A DNA stretch of 48,378 nt, taken from Candidatus Geocrenenecus huangii. GTDB taxonomy: Archaea > Thermoproteota > Nitrososphaeria_A > Caldarchaeales > Wolframiiraptoraceae. The position numbers and the translations under genes are program-made. Position 1 is the stretch's first letter, and each line of letters starts with the position of its first letter. The notes under the pieces were generated by a model that worked only from the letters and a program-made list of their open reading frames with translations, made no database searches and was not told where the DNA came from. This document shows positions 9,004 through 18,352 of this stretch, in pieces. Location: positions 1 through 48,378 of the forward strand of contig JALNLM010000010.1 of NCBI GenBank assembly GCA_023254095.1, written 5' to 3'.

Positions 9004-10062
9004 ATGAGCAGAGAATTAGAGTTTGCAAGGGACTTGCTTCTCGACCTGATACGAGTCTACACTCCCCCAGGGTACGAACATAGATTAATTCCTGTGTTTA
9101 GAGAGTGGGCGGATAAGCTCGAATACGATGAATTCTACGTAGATGATGTTGGAAACATATTTCTCAGACGTGGTTCACGTGGAAAGACTATTCTCCTTGC
9201 AGGACACCTAGACACAATCCCCGGAGAGATAGATATCAAACTAGACCAAGAAACAATATACGGTAGAGGTGCGGTAGACGCTAAAGGACCATTGGCCGCG
9301 TTCATCATTGGAGGAATGCTAGCCAACCTAGAAAATGATAATTCAAAAGTTATTGTTGTGGGCCTCGTCCGAGAGGAGGACGATGGGCTGGGAGCTAAAC
9401 ATTTAGTGGAGGAGTCGTTTAAGTCGGATCACATCATAGTAGGTGAACCGACAAATCTTGGAGTTGCAGTAGCTTATAGGGGGAGCATATTGATTAGAGT
9501 CTCGGCGTACACGCTTGGCGGGCATAGCTCTGCACCATACATTGGAGAATCGGCTCTAGACAAGCTGATACAGTTCATAAACGTCATCAATACAAAGTAT
9601 AGCGGGGTAGACTTCGATGAGACATCATGTGCTTTCACAGTATTAAGGGCTGGAGACTGGCTTAACAATCTTCCGAAAAAAGGAGAAGCATACGCGAACA
9701 TAAGATATCCTCCTGGACATAATCCAGAAGATATATTAAGAGAGATTGAAAACATCGCTAGGAGTACCAGAGTAGAATTCGAGGTTCTAAGTGTAGAGAA
9801 GCCTGTTCGAGTTAGTGTGAATACAGATGCTGTGAGAGCATTGCTTAGGAGTATGTTAAAGTTGAATATGAAGCCGAGGGTTGTCAAGAAGACTGGGACA
9901 AGCGATATGAATACTTTGATAGCTATATCTAGAAGTATAACAGCGTTCGGTCCAGGAGATTCTAGGCTAGCCCATACAGATCATGAAAGAATTAATGTAG
10001 ATGAAGTTGTTACTGCGGCAAGGATAATCTCGAATGCTCTAAATGAATTATCTAGGGTTTAG
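9004..10062 (+). CDS. lysK: [LysW]-lysine/ornithine hydrolase (M20 family)
   Basis: GHLDT, GRGAVDAKG, REE, GEPT, KTGTSDMN, FGPGD...AHT; in the lysWXK run. Confidence 0.9.
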   Translation: MSRELEFARDLLLDLIRVYTPPGYEHRLIPVFREWADKLEYDEFYVDDVGNIFLRRGSRGKTILLAGHLDTIPGEIDIKLDQETIYGRGAVDAKGPLAAFIIGGMLANLENDNSKVIVVGLVREEDDGLGAKHLVEESFKSDHIIVGEPTNLGVAVAYRGSILIRVSAYTLGGHSSAPYIGESALDKLIQFINVINTKYSGVDFDETSCAFTVLRAGDWLNNLPKKGEAYANIRYPPGHNPEDILREIENIARSTRVEFEVLSVEKPVRVSVNTDAVRALLRSMLKLNMKPRVVKKTGTSDMNTLIAISRSITAFGPGDSRLAHTDHERINVDEVVTAARIISNALNELSRV

Positions 10063-11945
10063 AAGTATTGAGTATATTCGTCTAGACCGAGTTCTCTTAA
10101 TTTTTCAGGATGCGGTATCCCGGAATCGCTCCATCCTCTTAGACGATAATATTCCTTCCGCATCTTCAAGAATTTTTCAAGATCTATATTTTGACCTTTA
10201 GAAGACCCGAACTTCAAGTTTTCAGAATATATTCTAGGTGGAAGCATATCATCATCTTTCTTTAAGCCTTCTCGTATATTGTAGATTCTAATTAGATTAT
10301 TTATTTTTTCACCTTTCTTCCTTAATTCCAATGGATCAATGATTCTACCTGTTGCGAGGTAATAAATCTCTGAAAGCTCTTTCCACAGTAACGGTCCTAT
10401 AACAGGTAAACAATAGAATTTACACATTACCATGCTGTCAACTACTGCATAGAAGTCTTCAAGTTCTATCACGTATTCTACGTGGCCATCGTAGGATAGC
10501 CTGTCAACTTTGATCTCTGGATTGAATGGATGTGCTCCTACGAGATTCGGTCTATACGCGACATGTCTTAGATGGCATGCTCCCCTCGCAGATACAGCAT
10601 ATGCTAATGCTACTCCCTTCAAGGCCCTCGGCTCATATCCTGGGAACTCTAAGGCCTTAACATGTACAGCGTGGCCAGTTGCGTTGAATTTCTCAGAAGC
10701 CCTCTTAACACCCTCCGCCAAAATGTCTCCTAACCCCCTCCTGTAAGCGATCATTTCAATCGCTTTCAGTAATGCTTGACTTTCCCCAAACCTTAACCAG
10801 TCTTCATCGATTAATTTCTTCTCGGAGAGATACATTGCGTAAGCTACGACGTTCCCTGTGGAGATCGTGTCAACTCCAAGTTTATTCGCTAGGTCGTTCG
10901 CCCTTATTATTGCTTCTAGGTCATCTATGAATGGAAGTGGTCCAAATGCGAATAAAGTTTCATATTCAGGTCCTTCTACTTCTAAACCATCCGGAGTCTC
11001 TGAATGCCTCCCGCACGCTACTGGACAAGCGAAACATGTGATTTTCTTCTTCACGTAGAGTTTGTTAAAAGTTTCAGGCCCTACTTTTTCATAGCCTTCG
11101 AAGTCTCCACCTTCATAGTATCTAGTAGGTAGAGAACCTGTGGAATTCGTTAAGGCCATTATAGCTGAGGTTCCATACTTTGATAGTCCTTGAAGCTTCT
11201 CCCTAGCCAATCTCACTACCTTATTTCTAAGCTCAATGAATTTTTCTTCATCTACAGGTTCAACTCTGTGGCCCCCGCGTATAGCTATTGCTTTTAGTTT
11301 CTTGCTGCCCATTACTGCTCCTCCACCCGTTCGACCGAAGAAGCCTCCTCGAATCTTCTTCTTTTCATGCATATAGAGACCGTGTACTATACATGCAAAT
11401 CTTACAAGGTTTTCTCCAGCAGGCCCTATCGTCGCCGTCATTACCTCTCCAAGCTCACTCCATAATTCTTTCTCTGTCGCATAAGTATCGAGCCCCCATA
11501 AATGCGATGCATTCTCTATCTCTACTTTACCATCTTCAGCTAGGAGGTAGACTGGGCTACTTGATGCTCCCCTCACTACTACTGCGTCAAGACCCGCTTT
11601 AACAAGCTCAGTACCAATATACCCGCCGCACAATGATTCTCCGAAGAATCCTGTTAAAGGAGACTTGAAGACCGCGGCCATTCTTGCCGCACTTGGTAGG
11701 ACCAGCCCCTCAACTGGGCCGACGGCAAATACTAACAGGTTGTCAGGTGATAGTGGATCAATATTTGGAGGAGTTTTGTCTATTAGTATTTTTAAACCTA
11801 GGCCGATGCCTCCAATATAATTGGCGTAAAGCATCTCGTTAGACTCGAGATACCTTACCGACTTATTAGATAAATCCACGAGAGCGATTTTATTCCAGTA
11901 ACCACTCCGCCTAACCTTACTCATTTTAACATCACGGTTCGGCAT
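10059..11945 (-). CDS. aor: Tungsten-type aldehyde:ferredoxin oxidoreductase family protein
   Basis: KSPLTG, IGPAGE, GAVMGSKKLKA, CFACPVAC, EYETL, DTISTG, RGACH motifs. Confidence 0.9.
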   Translation of the reverse strand: MPNRDVKMSKVRRSGYWNKIALVDLSNKSVRYLESNEMLYANYIGGIGLGLKILIDKTPPNIDPLSPDNLLVFAVGPVEGLVLPSAARMAAVFKSPLTGFFGESLCGGYIGTELVKAGLDAVVVRGASSSPVYLLAEDGKVEIENASHLWGLDTYATEKELWSELGEVMTATIGPAGENLVRFACIVHGLYMHEKKKIRGGFFGRTGGGAVMGSKKLKAIAIRGGHRVEPVDEEKFIELRNKVVRLAREKLQGLSKYGTSAIMALTNSTGSLPTRYYEGGDFEGYEKVGPETFNKLYVKKKITCFACPVACGRHSETPDGLEVEGPEYETLFAFGPLPFIDDLEAIIRANDLANKLGVDTISTGNVVAYAMYLSEKKLIDEDWLRFGESQALLKAIEMIAYRRGLGDILAEGVKRASEKFNATGHAVHVKALEFPGYEPRALKGVALAYAVSARGACHLRHVAYRPNLVGAHPFNPEIKVDRLSYDGHVEYVIELEDFYAVVDSMVMCKFYCLPVIGPLLWKELSEIYYLATGRIIDPLELRKKGEKINNLIRIYNIREGLKKDDDMLPPRIYSENLKFGSSKGQNIDLEKFLKMRKEYYRLRGWSDSGIPHPEKLRELGLDEYTQYF

Positions 11946-12101
11946 ATGTAAAAGAAAAACGAGAAGCTATAAGGTTTTTACCGTATCTTTTCTCTATCCA
12001 TTGACCTGGACCTAACGCATTCATGAGTCAAGAAGTAGTCAAGCATTATATTATTCATACTCTTAACAATCTTTAAATTTTATTCTATTCTTAATCAATG
12101 T

Positions 12102-12437
12102 ATGGATATCAAGATAGAATATCAATCTATAGACGAGGATTTATGGAGGAGTGCAAAAGATAATGCTGTAACCTTGTTGAAGACTGATAGGTTGGAGATC
12201 GGTATACTTGAGATTTCTCCGGGTGTAAGGTTTCCTAAAGAAGGCTACAGCATCCATAGCGAGAATGATGAGTTTGCATATGTTTTATCTGGAGAAGTGG
12301 TTTTCAGCGCTGATAAAGAATCTATCAAGCTGAGAGAAGGAATGATACTGTATAACAAGAAAGGTACACCTCACGCTACTGCGAACCTCAGCAGTAAACC
12401 TGCAAGAGTTCTATGGATTCTTTCTCCTCCGAGGTAG
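12102..12437 (+). CDS. Cupin-domain protein
   Basis: H...EFAYVLSG and GTPH..N cupin motifs. Confidence 0.85.
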   Translation: MDIKIEYQSIDEDLWRSAKDNAVTLLKTDRLEIGILEISPGVRFPKEGYSIHSENDEFAYVLSGEVVFSADKESIKLREGMILYNKKGTPHATANLSSKPARVLWILSPPR

Positions 12438-12447
12438 GTGGCTCAAC

Positions 12448-13554
12448 TTGTACAAGGATAGGATCGAGAAGATTAGAAGGTTAATGGACGACCAAGGTAT
12501 AGATATTGTAATGATTACGTCTGAGCCTAATATGTTATACTTTTCAGGATATAGTGCAGTATCTCTTGAAAGATTGATTGCGTTATTGATAAATAGAGAA
12601 GAAGAAAAGGTGTCTCTCATTGTCCCGAGACTGGAGGAGAAGAGAGCTGAAGAAAACTGTAAATTAACGGATTTCGAATTGATAAGCTACAGCGATACAG
12701 AGAATCCAATCAACATCCTTGAGAAGGTCTTCTATAAAAGCAGACAGGTGACTATAGGCGTCGAAGAAACAATACCATTCAAATATGTTTATCCTATAAT
12801 CAGCAAATATGTGAGTATAAGGTATTCATTGGTAAATGATTTGATATATTCTCTGAGGATTGTTAAAGAACCTGAGGAGATAGAAGCTCTAAGGAAAGCT
12901 GCTGAGATAAATAATCGAGTTTTACTAGAGGCTATAAGGAATATTAGAGAAGGCTTATCGGAGAAGAGCGTCATGATGCATATCAAGAATTACGCCTTCG
13001 AGGCTGGAGCTGATGAAGTATCTTTCGCGCTAGTACAGAGCGGAAGTCATTCTGCATTACCTCACCAAGAACCCACAGACAAGATAATCCATAGTGGGGA
13101 CGCAGTTGTTCTAGACATAGGGATTAGATACAGAGGATATTATTCCGATTTAACGAGAACGGTTGTATGCGGCTCTCCATCAACCAAGCATGTAGAGATA
13201 TTCAACATAGTATCAAATGCCCAGCAAAATGCGCTAGATGCAATTAAAGAAGATATAAAAGCAGAGGACGTAGATCTCGTAGCCCGTAGAACTATTGAAT
13301 CATATGGTTATGGAGAATATTTTATACATAGGACTGGACATGGTATTGGACTAGAAGTTCATGAGCCACCATTCATTAAGGTCGGCAACACGAACCTACT
13401 GAAGAATGGGATGGCCTTCACGGTTGAGCCGGGAATATACTTACCAGATCAATTCGGTGTAAGATTGGAAGATAATGTTATAGTAAGTAGAGGTGGGTAC
13501 ATCAATCTAGCCAGCATACCTAAATCACTCTACATAGAAGACTACGATGTATAA
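12448..13554 (+). CDS. pepQ: Xaa-Pro dipeptidase / M24B metallopeptidase with creatinase-type N-domain
   Basis: All five metal ligands present: LDIG, SDLTRT, HRTGHGIGLEVHE, VEPGIY, RLED. Confidence 0.85.
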   Translation: MYKDRIEKIRRLMDDQGIDIVMITSEPNMLYFSGYSAVSLERLIALLINREEEKVSLIVPRLEEKRAEENCKLTDFELISYSDTENPINILEKVFYKSRQVTIGVEETIPFKYVYPIISKYVSIRYSLVNDLIYSLRIVKEPEEIEALRKAAEINNRVLLEAIRNIREGLSEKSVMMHIKNYAFEAGADEVSFALVQSGSHSALPHQEPTDKIIHSGDAVVLDIGIRYRGYYSDLTRTVVCGSPSTKHVEIFNIVSNAQQNALDAIKEDIKAEDVDLVARRTIESYGYGEYFIHRTGHGIGLEVHEPPFIKVGNTNLLKNGMAFTVEPGIYLPDQFGVRLEDNVIVSRGGYINLASIPKSLYIEDYDV

Positions 13555-13578
13555 AGTAAGAAAAGGCGGAAATAGTTA

Positions 13579-14541
13579 TTATTCGTAAAGCCAGCATCTG
13601 ACGATGTGATTACTGTCTAGCACGATGTCCGGAGGATCCCGTTGACTGCATACAGGCTTAGCGAATGGACATCGAGTATGGAATCTGCACCCGTTTGGAG
13701 GCTTAACCGCGCTCGGTATCTCGCCTATCGACTCTATACCCTTAGGTTTGATTTTTTCATCCTCTTCAGATAACGTAGGTATCGAAGATAGAAGCATCTG
13801 TGTATATGGATGCATAGGCGACTTGAAGAATTTCTCCGTTGGGGCTTCTTCATAGATTTTTCCAAGATACATTATCATTACGCGCTGCGAGATATTCCTA
13901 ACGACTCCAAGGTCGTGTGTTATTAACAGATATGTAAGTTGGAGTTCTTTCTGGATTTTTACAAGCGTGTTGAGGACTTTTGCTTGAGAAGATACATCTA
14001 GCGCAGAAGTTGACTCATCGAGGATTATGAATGATGGTTGTGGAGCCAGAGCACGAGCTACTGCAACCAGCTGTTTTTCTCCTCCACCAAGTTCATGAGG
14101 ATACTTGAACATGAATTCTTCGCTTAACCCAACATACTCCAGTAATTCTGCTACTTTATCGTATATCCTCCTCTTATCAATAGTCTTATGTATTAAGAGA
14201 GGTAGGCTGATAATATCTTTCACTAATCTCTTAGGGTTCAGAGATGTTCCAGGGTCTTGGAAGACTATCTGTATGTCTCTCTTTAATTCTAACGGTCTCT
14301 TCTTCATCGGCGCTGATAAGTCGTATCTGTTCTTGTAGATTATCTTGCCATCGTCTGGAGAGTAGAAGCCCATTATGACGTGGCCTGTAGTCGTCTTACC
14401 GGAACCCGACTCTCCAACCAATGCTAGCGTCTCACCATACCTTATGTTAAAGCTCACTCCATCAACTGCTCTAACTACGCCTTCAGCTGTATTGAAGTAT
14501 TTTTTAAGGTCTGAAACATTTAAGATTATATCGTCTTGCAT
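13579..14541 (-). CDS. Oligopeptide/dipeptide ABC transporter ATP-binding subunit (OppF/DppF-like)
   Basis: GESGSGKT, FQDP, HPYT and GCRFHTRC C-terminal domain. Confidence 0.92.
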   Translation of the reverse strand: MQDDIILNVSDLKKYFNTAEGVVRAVDGVSFNIRYGETLALVGESGSGKTTTGHVIMGFYSPDDGKIIYKNRYDLSAPMKKRPLELKRDIQIVFQDPGTSLNPKRLVKDIISLPLLIHKTIDKRRIYDKVAELLEYVGLSEEFMFKYPHELGGGEKQLVAVARALAPQPSFIILDESTSALDVSSQAKVLNTLVKIQKELQLTYLLITHDLGVVRNISQRVMIMYLGKIYEEAPTEKFFKSPMHPYTQMLLSSIPTLSEEDEKIKPKGIESIGEIPSAVKPPNGCRFHTRCPFAKPVCSQRDPPDIVLDSNHIVRCWLYE

Positions 14542-14553
14542 CTAACCACCTCC

Positions 14554-15522
14554 CTAATCATATAGGTAGCATGAAACTGTATGTTCGGCGCTCAATTGTA
14601 TTCTACTTGGTTTCGTATTAATGCACTTATCCATTACGTAGGGGCATCTAGGAGCAAATCTGCATCCAGCCGGTGGGTTACGATAGTCTGGAAGTTTACC
14701 TCTTATCCCCTCTCCTACTCCTACTGAGCTAAGCCTAGGAGTACTTGCTATAAGCAACTGTGTATATGGATGCTTAGGCTTATTGAACATTTTTCTCGTT
14801 TCCGCCTCCTCCATTATATCCCCTGCATAAAGAACGTATACCTTGTCTGTCATCTGGTAAACCATTCCAAGTGCATGAGAGACGAGTATTATGCTTAGAT
14901 TCTTCTCAACTACTAGTCTGTGTATGAGTTTCAGGATCTGGTCTTGTATGGTTACGTCGAGGTTGGTCGTCGGCTCATCTGCAAGCAACAACTTTCCAGC
15001 CGATGCCAAGGCCATCGCTATCATGACTCTTTGCCTCATCCCTCCACTCAACTGGAATGGATACGACTCTAGTACTCTATCAGGGTCAGGCAGCCTGACA
15101 TCATTAAATATTCTCAGGGATTCTTCATAGAGTTCTTTACTTGATGGATTATGGCCTTCAGTCGTCATTTTGTACTTTAAGATATCGTAGAGCTGGTCTC
15201 TAATCTTAAAGACGGGGTTAAGAGCGGCCATAGGGTCTTGAAAGATCATGCCTATTTCTTTTCTCCTAATCTTAGCGAGTTCGCTATCGCTCAGTTTTAG
15301 AATATTTCTACCATCATACCTTATCTCACCTTTTGAGATTATGCCGTTCTGAGGAAGTACTCTGAGTATTGTTTTTAGAAGGGTTGTTTTTCCGCTTCCA
15401 GATTCACCGATTATTCCTACACGTTCCCCTTTCTCTACTTTCAGCCACACACCATTTAATACTTTAAGAGTATACCAATAACTCTTATAGTTGACGTATA
15501 GGTTATCTATCTCGAGCAACAT
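14554..15522 (-). CDS. Oligopeptide/dipeptide ABC transporter ATP-binding subunit (OppD/DppD-like)
   Basis: GESGSGKT, LSGGMRQR, ADEPT, HPYT, GCRFAPRC. Confidence 0.92.
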   Translation of the reverse strand: MLLEIDNLYVNYKSYWYTLKVLNGVWLKVEKGERVGIIGESGSGKTTLLKTILRVLPQNGIISKGEIRYDGRNILKLSDSELAKIRRKEIGMIFQDPMAALNPVFKIRDQLYDILKYKMTTEGHNPSSKELYEESLRIFNDVRLPDPDRVLESYPFQLSGGMRQRVMIAMALASAGKLLLADEPTTNLDVTIQDQILKLIHRLVVEKNLSIILVSHALGMVYQMTDKVYVLYAGDIMEEAETRKMFNKPKHPYTQLLIASTPRLSSVGVGEGIRGKLPDYRNPPAGCRFAPRCPYVMDKCINTKPSRIQLSAEHTVSCYLYD

Positions 15523-15524
15523 CT

Positions 15525-16424
15525 CTACTCACCTGCGAAGACATCTCTAATACCGTCTCCGAGCAAGTTGAAAGCAAGTATGATCAATACTATGCTTGCA
15601 GCGGGTCCGAGGCTCATCCACCAGTATTCTGGAAGATACTTACTGTATTCTGAAACCATTGTACCTAGGTCAGGTGTAGGAGGCTGGGCTCCAAGTCCGA
15701 CGAAGCTGATTGCCGCACCTATAAGTATAACCCATCCAGCATCTAAAGTAACTTTTGTAAGTATTGTTCCCAACTGGATAGGAAGTAACTCTCTAAAGAG
15801 TATGTGTAGAGTAGATGCTCCTTGAGATTCTGCTGCTAGGATGAATGGCTCATTTCGAATCGACACGGTCATAGAATATGTTAATTTTACATACCATGGC
15901 CACCACATCAGTGAGACAGCCATCATAGCATTGAAGATATTTGGCTCAAGTATGGATGCTATAGATAAGGCTAAGACGAGAGGTGGGAGAGAGATGAATA
16001 TGTCTGATAGCCTCACTATGACCGTCTCGATGAATGTCCCCCTATAATATCCTGCTATCAAACCGAGTATGACTCCTGTCGGAGTCACGAGTGATAGAAC
16101 TAACCCGATCATCATGAAAGCATATCTGAATCCGAAAATTATTCTGCTAAAAACGTCTCTACCATACATGTCTGTTCCAAGAATGTGTTCGAATGATGGT
16201 GGCCTATAGGCATTCTTAAAGGCTATGTGTAAACCTGCATGAGATGGATAAGGCGCTATATACTCTGCGAAAACCGCCATCAATAAGAGTATAAGTATTA
16301 TCGATAAGCCTACCATGGATAATTTGCTCCTCCGGAATCTAAACCACATTCTCTTCCAATTCTCTCTCTTTACTTTCTTCTCCAGTTCAAGAAATTTTAC
16401 TTCGTTGACTGAAGATTCCTGCAT
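15525..16424 (-). CDS. Peptide ABC transporter permease (DppC-like)
   Basis: LGTDMYGRD, EAA-like loop, FVGLG, FNLLGDGIRD. Confidence 0.92.
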   Translation of the reverse strand: MQESSVNEVKFLELEKKVKRENWKRMWFRFRRSKLSMVGLSIILILLLMAVFAEYIAPYPSHAGLHIAFKNAYRPPSFEHILGTDMYGRDVFSRIIFGFRYAFMMIGLVLSLVTPTGVILGLIAGYYRGTFIETVIVRLSDIFISLPPLVLALSIASILEPNIFNAMMAVSLMWWPWYVKLTYSMTVSIRNEPFILAAESQGASTLHILFRELLPIQLGTILTKVTLDAGWVILIGAAISFVGLGAQPPTPDLGTMVSEYSKYLPEYWWMSLGPAASIVLIILAFNLLGDGIRDVFAGE

Positions 16425-16431
16425 TTTCTAT

Positions 16432-17484
16432 TCACCTCCTATATTTGACTCTCGGGTCTAGGTAGGAGACTACTAGGTCTATGATTATTGAGGCTATTGT
16501 GTAGGCTAAGCCGATTACTAGTACAACCCCAACTATAGCATTCAAATCTTTTCTCAACATCGCTGTGATACCATATCTCGATAATCCAGGCCAATTGAAT
16601 ATCAATTCAACAAGAAATGCGTTTCCAAGCATAGAGGCCATGTCCAGGGTCATAATAGTGACGGTGGGTATCATTGAGGGTTTAAGAGCATACTTAAAGA
16701 ATATGGTCGAGCTTGGAATACCGTGAGCGTACATATTAAGGATATAGTCTCTGTTTATGTTCTCGATTAGACTTGCTCTCAATATCCTGGCTTCTTGAGC
16801 TATACATCCAATAGCGAGAGATAGCGAAGGTATAATTAGATGTGCTAATGCATCGATAAACGCTACTAAGTTTCCATTTATTAGGGAATCAACCGTGACG
16901 AGGCCTGTAACGCGGGGAACCTCGAGCCCTAAGCTTAGCCTGCCGTATGCTGGAAGCAAGTCTAACCAGTTAGCTAGTACAAGCTGCAATATTATGGCCC
17001 ATACAAATGACGGGATAGCTATACCGACATAGGCAAACACCCTTACAAAGTTATCAATCAAAGAGTTAGGCCTCCTACCGCTGAGAACTCCTAGACTGAA
17101 AGCACCTATGATATCTATGATCAAAGTGAAGATTATCAATTCAACTGTTGCTGGAAGAAATTCTAGGATATCTGTGAGAACATCTCTGAAGGTTACTAAT
17201 GATAACCCGAATCTACCATGGAAGACATCGATGAGCCAATAAAAGTATTGTATGTAGATTGGCTCGTTTAAGCGGAGGAGCTTTCTATACTGTTCCACGA
17301 CATCTTCGGGTGCTCTAGGTCCTAGGGCAAGCCTTGCGGGGTCACCTGGTAAAACCCTAGCTATAATAAATATAAGTATGGAGACTCCGAAGAGAGTCAC
17401 GACGCTGTATAGTATCTTTCGTAAATAATAGCTGTTCAAAAAATCCTGTAAACGTTGTAGGGATTTTTTCTCTCCTACAATCAT
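16432..17484 (-). CDS. Peptide ABC transporter permease (DppB-like)
   Basis: LPGDPA, PATVEL, PSFVW, ELIFNWPGL, LDPRV. Confidence 0.92.
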   Translation of the reverse strand: MIVGEKKSLQRLQDFLNSYYLRKILYSVVTLFGVSILIFIIARVLPGDPARLALGPRAPEDVVEQYRKLLRLNEPIYIQYFYWLIDVFHGRFGLSLVTFRDVLTDILEFLPATVELIIFTLIIDIIGAFSLGVLSGRRPNSLIDNFVRVFAYVGIAIPSFVWAIILQLVLANWLDLLPAYGRLSLGLEVPRVTGLVTVDSLINGNLVAFIDALAHLIIPSLSLAIGCIAQEARILRASLIENINRDYILNMYAHGIPSSTIFFKYALKPSMIPTVTIMTLDMASMLGNAFLVELIFNWPGLSRYGITAMLRKDLNAIVGVVLVIGLAYTIASIIIDLVVSYLDPRVKYRR

Positions 17485-17548
17485 TTTCCGACTCCTTCTA
17501 TACTCAAGGCCAACTATTAATCTTACAGCGTCATTTTAGTTTTTAATG

Positions 17549-18307
17549 CTATACCAAGTTTTTCAGATTCCATGCAAGTAGCTCGGATGTTGGTGGAGGC
17601 TCATATGTACATATCTTGCTATGGCTCCATCCACAAAGCCTCTTTAGTTTTACGAGTTGCTCAGCATGCTTCACAGATGCGATTATCGGGTCTATTACTG
17701 GAACTCTATATTTTTCTTGGACTAGTTTAAAGAATCCAAAGAAGACTGTACATCCAAGTATTATTACTTCGGCTCCTTCTCTAAGACATTCCTCGATTAC
17801 AGCGTACAGTCTCTTCTCGGTTTCTTTCTCATCCTTGTGGAGATCGTGTACTCCTAATCCTATGTCTTTGAAAGAAGTTAGCCTATCTTCTAACCCGTAT
17901 TCTTTCACTCGATTCATCATTAACGGGATCCACTTCTTCCTACCAACCACTATAGCGAATTTCTCTCCTAGAGATAACGCGGTACACGTTGAAGACTCGA
18001 GGGGGGCTGTTACAATAATGTTGCTTATCTCTCTGGCCTCTTTTAATCCAGGATCGTAGAAACATCCAATAACACATGCATCATATCCATTCTTCTCTGC
18101 TTTCTTGACTTCCTCCAAGATATTGGGGATGATGATGGCATCATATGAATAGTATTCTAGATGATGTGGCCCCACGTTAAATGATGTTACATCTATCACT
18201 GTATCCGGGTCTTTATATTTATCTAAGTAATCTTTCATGGGTTTATCGAAGACATCGGTCCCCACAGGATTTATATATAAAACCTTATTCAAGAACGTCA
18301 CCTTCAA
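17549..18307 (-). CDS. Asp/Glu/hydantoin (allantoin) racemase family protein
   Basis: INP, catalytic Cys pair GCFYDPG and ILGCT, PVIDP; true start may be TTG 18292 after an AGGTGA SD. Confidence 0.88.
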   Translation of the reverse strand: MKVTFLNKVLYINPVGTDVFDKPMKDYLDKYKDPDTVIDVTSFNVGPHHLEYYSYDAIIIPNILEEVKKAEKNGYDACVIGCFYDPGLKEAREISNIIVTAPLESSTCTALSLGEKFAIVVGRKKWIPLMMNRVKEYGLEDRLTSFKDIGLGVHDLHKDEKETEKRLYAVIEECLREGAEVIILGCTVFFGFFKLVQEKYRVPVIDPIIASVKHAEQLVKLKRLCGWSHSKICTYEPPPTSELLAWNLKNLV

Positions 18308-18312
18308 TTCAT

Positions 18313-18323
18313 AAAAAATAAAA
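18313..18323 (-). terminator. Possible U-rich archaeal terminator after the binding-protein gene
   Basis: TTTTATTTTTT on the minus strand, 30 nt after the stop codon. Confidence 0.35.
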
Positions 18324-18352
18324 TGGAAGATAAGTTTTTTGTTTTCTCAGCT

